This document shows, one piece after another, positions 61,582 through 64,000 of a stretch of DNA of 64,000 bases. Numbering within the stretch: the stretch's first letter is position 1; each line of letters opens with the position of its first letter. Source of the DNA: Hypanus sabinus. Its lineage: Eukaryota. A program made the position numbers and the translations under genes. The notes beneath the pieces are model-generated. The model saw only the letters and a program-made list of their open reading frames with translations, searched no databases and was not told where the DNA came from. The stretch is from NCBI RefSeq assembly GCF_030144855.1, contig NC_082733.1:36518001-36582000 (forward strand), given 5' to 3'.

Positions 61582-64000
61582 TCCTAATCTGTCTATGTCC
61601 TGTAGTCTCTGTACTTTCTCAAAACGTATCTTCATATCATCTGCAAACTTTGCAACAAGGCCATCAACTGCATCATCCAAACAGTTAACAGATAATGTGA
61701 AAAGAATCAATCCCAACCCAGACCCCTGTGGAATTCCACTAGTCACTGCCAACCAAACAGAAAAGGCTCCCTTTATTTCCACTCTTTGCCTCCTGCCAAT
61801 CAGCCACTTCTTTATCCATGCTAGAATCTTTTGTGGAATACCATGGGCTTGAGCCTAGGTAAGCAGCCTCATGTGGCACCGTGTCTAGGGCCTTTGGAAA
61901 TCCAAGTACACAACAACTGATTGTGTTTTGTCTATCCTGCTTGTTAATACTTAAAGGATTCCAACAGATTTGTCAGGTAAGATTTTCCCTTGAGGGAACT
62001 ACGCTGACTATGACCTATTTTGTCATGCTTCTCCAAGTATCCTGAGACTCATCCTTTATCATCGACTCCAGCATCTACCCAACCACTGACGTCAGACTTG
62101 CTAGCCTATAGCTTCCTTTCTTCTACCCCTCTCACTCGAAGAGGGAAGTGACATTTGCACTTTTCCATTCTTCTGGTACTATTAGTGATTTTTGAAAGGT
62201 CATTACTAATGTCCCCAAGATCTCCTCAGCCACCTCTTTTAGAGCCCTGGGGTGTGCACTGTCTGGTCCAGATGACGTATCTATCTTCAGATCTTTCAGT
62301 TTCTCAAGAACCACCTCTCTAGTAATGGTAACTTCACACAATTCATGATCCCTGACACCTGGAACTTCTGCCATTGTGCTAGTGTCTTCCACAGTGAAGA
62401 CTGATGCAAAGTACTTACTCAGTTTGTCTGCTCTTTCGCTTTCCTCCATTATCATCTCTTTAGCAGTCCGATATCCTCGCTCACCTCTCTTTTATACTTA
62501 ATGTATCTGAAGAACCTTTTGGTATCCTCTCTAATATTATTGGCTAAATTACTTTCTTTCTCTATCTTTATCCTAATGACTTTAGTTGTTTTCTGGTTTT
62601 TAAAAGCTTCCCAGTCTCCTAACTTCCCACTAATTTTTGCTGTAGTATTTGCCCCCTCTTTGGCTTTTATGTTGGTTTTGACTTCTCTTAGCCACAGTTA
62701 TGTCACCTTTCCTTTAAAATACTTCTTCCTCTTTTGGATGTATATATCCTGTGCTTTCTGAATTGCTTCCAGAAAATCAAGCCATTATTGCTTTGCTGTC
62801 ATCCTTGCCTGTGTTCTTTTCCACACAATTCTGGCCAACTCGTCCCTTGTACCTCTGTAATTCCCTTTATTCCACTGTAATACTGATATATCTGAATTTA
62901 GCTTCCTCTCAAATTTTGGGATGAATCCGACCATATTATGATCACTTGCCCCTAAGGGTTCTTTACCTTGATCTCTGTAATCAATTCTGGTTCGTTGCAC
63001 AGCACCCAATCCAGAACTCTCACAATGCTGAATGAATTCAGCAAGTTCGCGTAGCATTGTGTGTGGGTGTGTGTTTCTTGGATTTCCAGCGTCTGCAGAA
63101 TTTCTCTTGTTTGTGGTTGGACCCAATCCAGAAGAGGTGATCCTCCCACTGAGCTGCTCTAAAAAGCCACCTCGTAGGCACTATTGCAATTCCTCCTCCT
63201 GAAATCCAGCACCGACCCGATTTTCCCAGTTTACCTGTGCATTGAAGTCTGCCGTGACTATTATAACATTGCCCTATTGGCATGCATTTTCTATTCCTGT
63301 TGTAATTTGTAGGCCACATCCTTACATACTGTGTACTAGTGAGATCAACAGGGTACCCAACACGTTACTGTCCTTGGAGAGAAGGGAGCTGCTGGGAATT
63401 TTGCACTGCTCAGGAGGGCGGTTTTGAAATGTACTCAACAGATCATTAAACTTGACTACAATTGTGTTGCTGATCTAAGGCTTTATTGTCATAGGATAGA
63501 TCTTTGGCAAGTACTGTTCTGTTGCAAGTTTTAAAAACATGACGGACTAGATATTCAAAGAAATATCTCTGAAAATTTGTTTTTGAATATTTAAATGAAA
63601 CCAGTCATCTTCATGTCCACAGACTTGCCACAAGTTTTGGTCACAAGTATTGGTATGCCCACATTTCCCACTGAAACTTTGCTTTGTCAGTGTTTTCAGT
63701 ACTGCTGAATATGCTTCCAAACTGACCTTATTTTAAAAAAATATAGACCAACTCTCAGTAATAGTAGGAGCAGTTTGCTTTCTTAAAATGGATACAACTC
63801 CTCTAAGAGGAGACAGAAAATCGGGAAGTTTTGATTTTTTTTTGTTATTTTTTGATAATTCTTAAGCAGACAAGGCGAGTAGTTAACACCATCAGTCACT
63901 TATGGGTTTCTCACTACTGTAAGATCTGTGGCTGAACCTTGAACATTTGCAGACCATTCTTGGACAGCAGATACACATGTGAAGATAAGTAACTGGGAAC

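Larger units (their letters stand above)
58310..63345 (-). mobile_element. Older CR1 LINE (APE to 3' end) split by the hAT insertion
   Basis: ORF remnants EPLGASDHNMVGF (APE), SSGPDSAHPRALKEVAEEI, TSGIPQGSGLG...KFADDMKI; sequence is continuous across 59020/61582. Confidence 0.88.

Noticed and set aside
1-64000. CRISPR arrays, operons or prokaryotic defence systems
   Set aside because: Sequence is vertebrate repeat-rich DNA; no regularly spaced repeats or gene-dense ORFs

Overview
Repeat-dense eukaryotic DNA, most likely from a cartilaginous fish (probably a ray). This is inferred from HE1-like V-SINEs, SacSINE1/Deu-like SINEs and the CR1, Rex1 and Penelope families present. I found no recognisable host protein-coding exon. 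The window looks like part of a large intron of a + strand gene (inference) or intergenic DNA. It holds one young 5'-truncated CR1 LINE with a 670-aa open RT ORF, many decayed CR1, Rex1/Babar, RTE and L2 fragments, a decayed Gypsy LTR element with two solo LTRs, two Tc1 families, and a full-length frameshifted hAT-Charlie/SPIN-like transposon with a perfect 8-bp TSD. It also has MITEs, SINEs, a split tRNA-Lys pseudogene and a 129-N gap. The most notable signal is a dispersed set of minimal type-I hammerhead ribozyme motifs (AGTC-CTGAYGA-AGGG..CCY-GAAA-CGTY-GACT) on Penelope-like element 3' ends. Several sit in ~200-260 bp palindromic units, three of them with 14-15 bp TSDs. Also notable is a composite 'MITE-cargo-MITE' Tc1 unit present twice. 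Family assignments are by eye and from memory of consensus motifs, not from database searches. Boundaries of old repeats are approximate.
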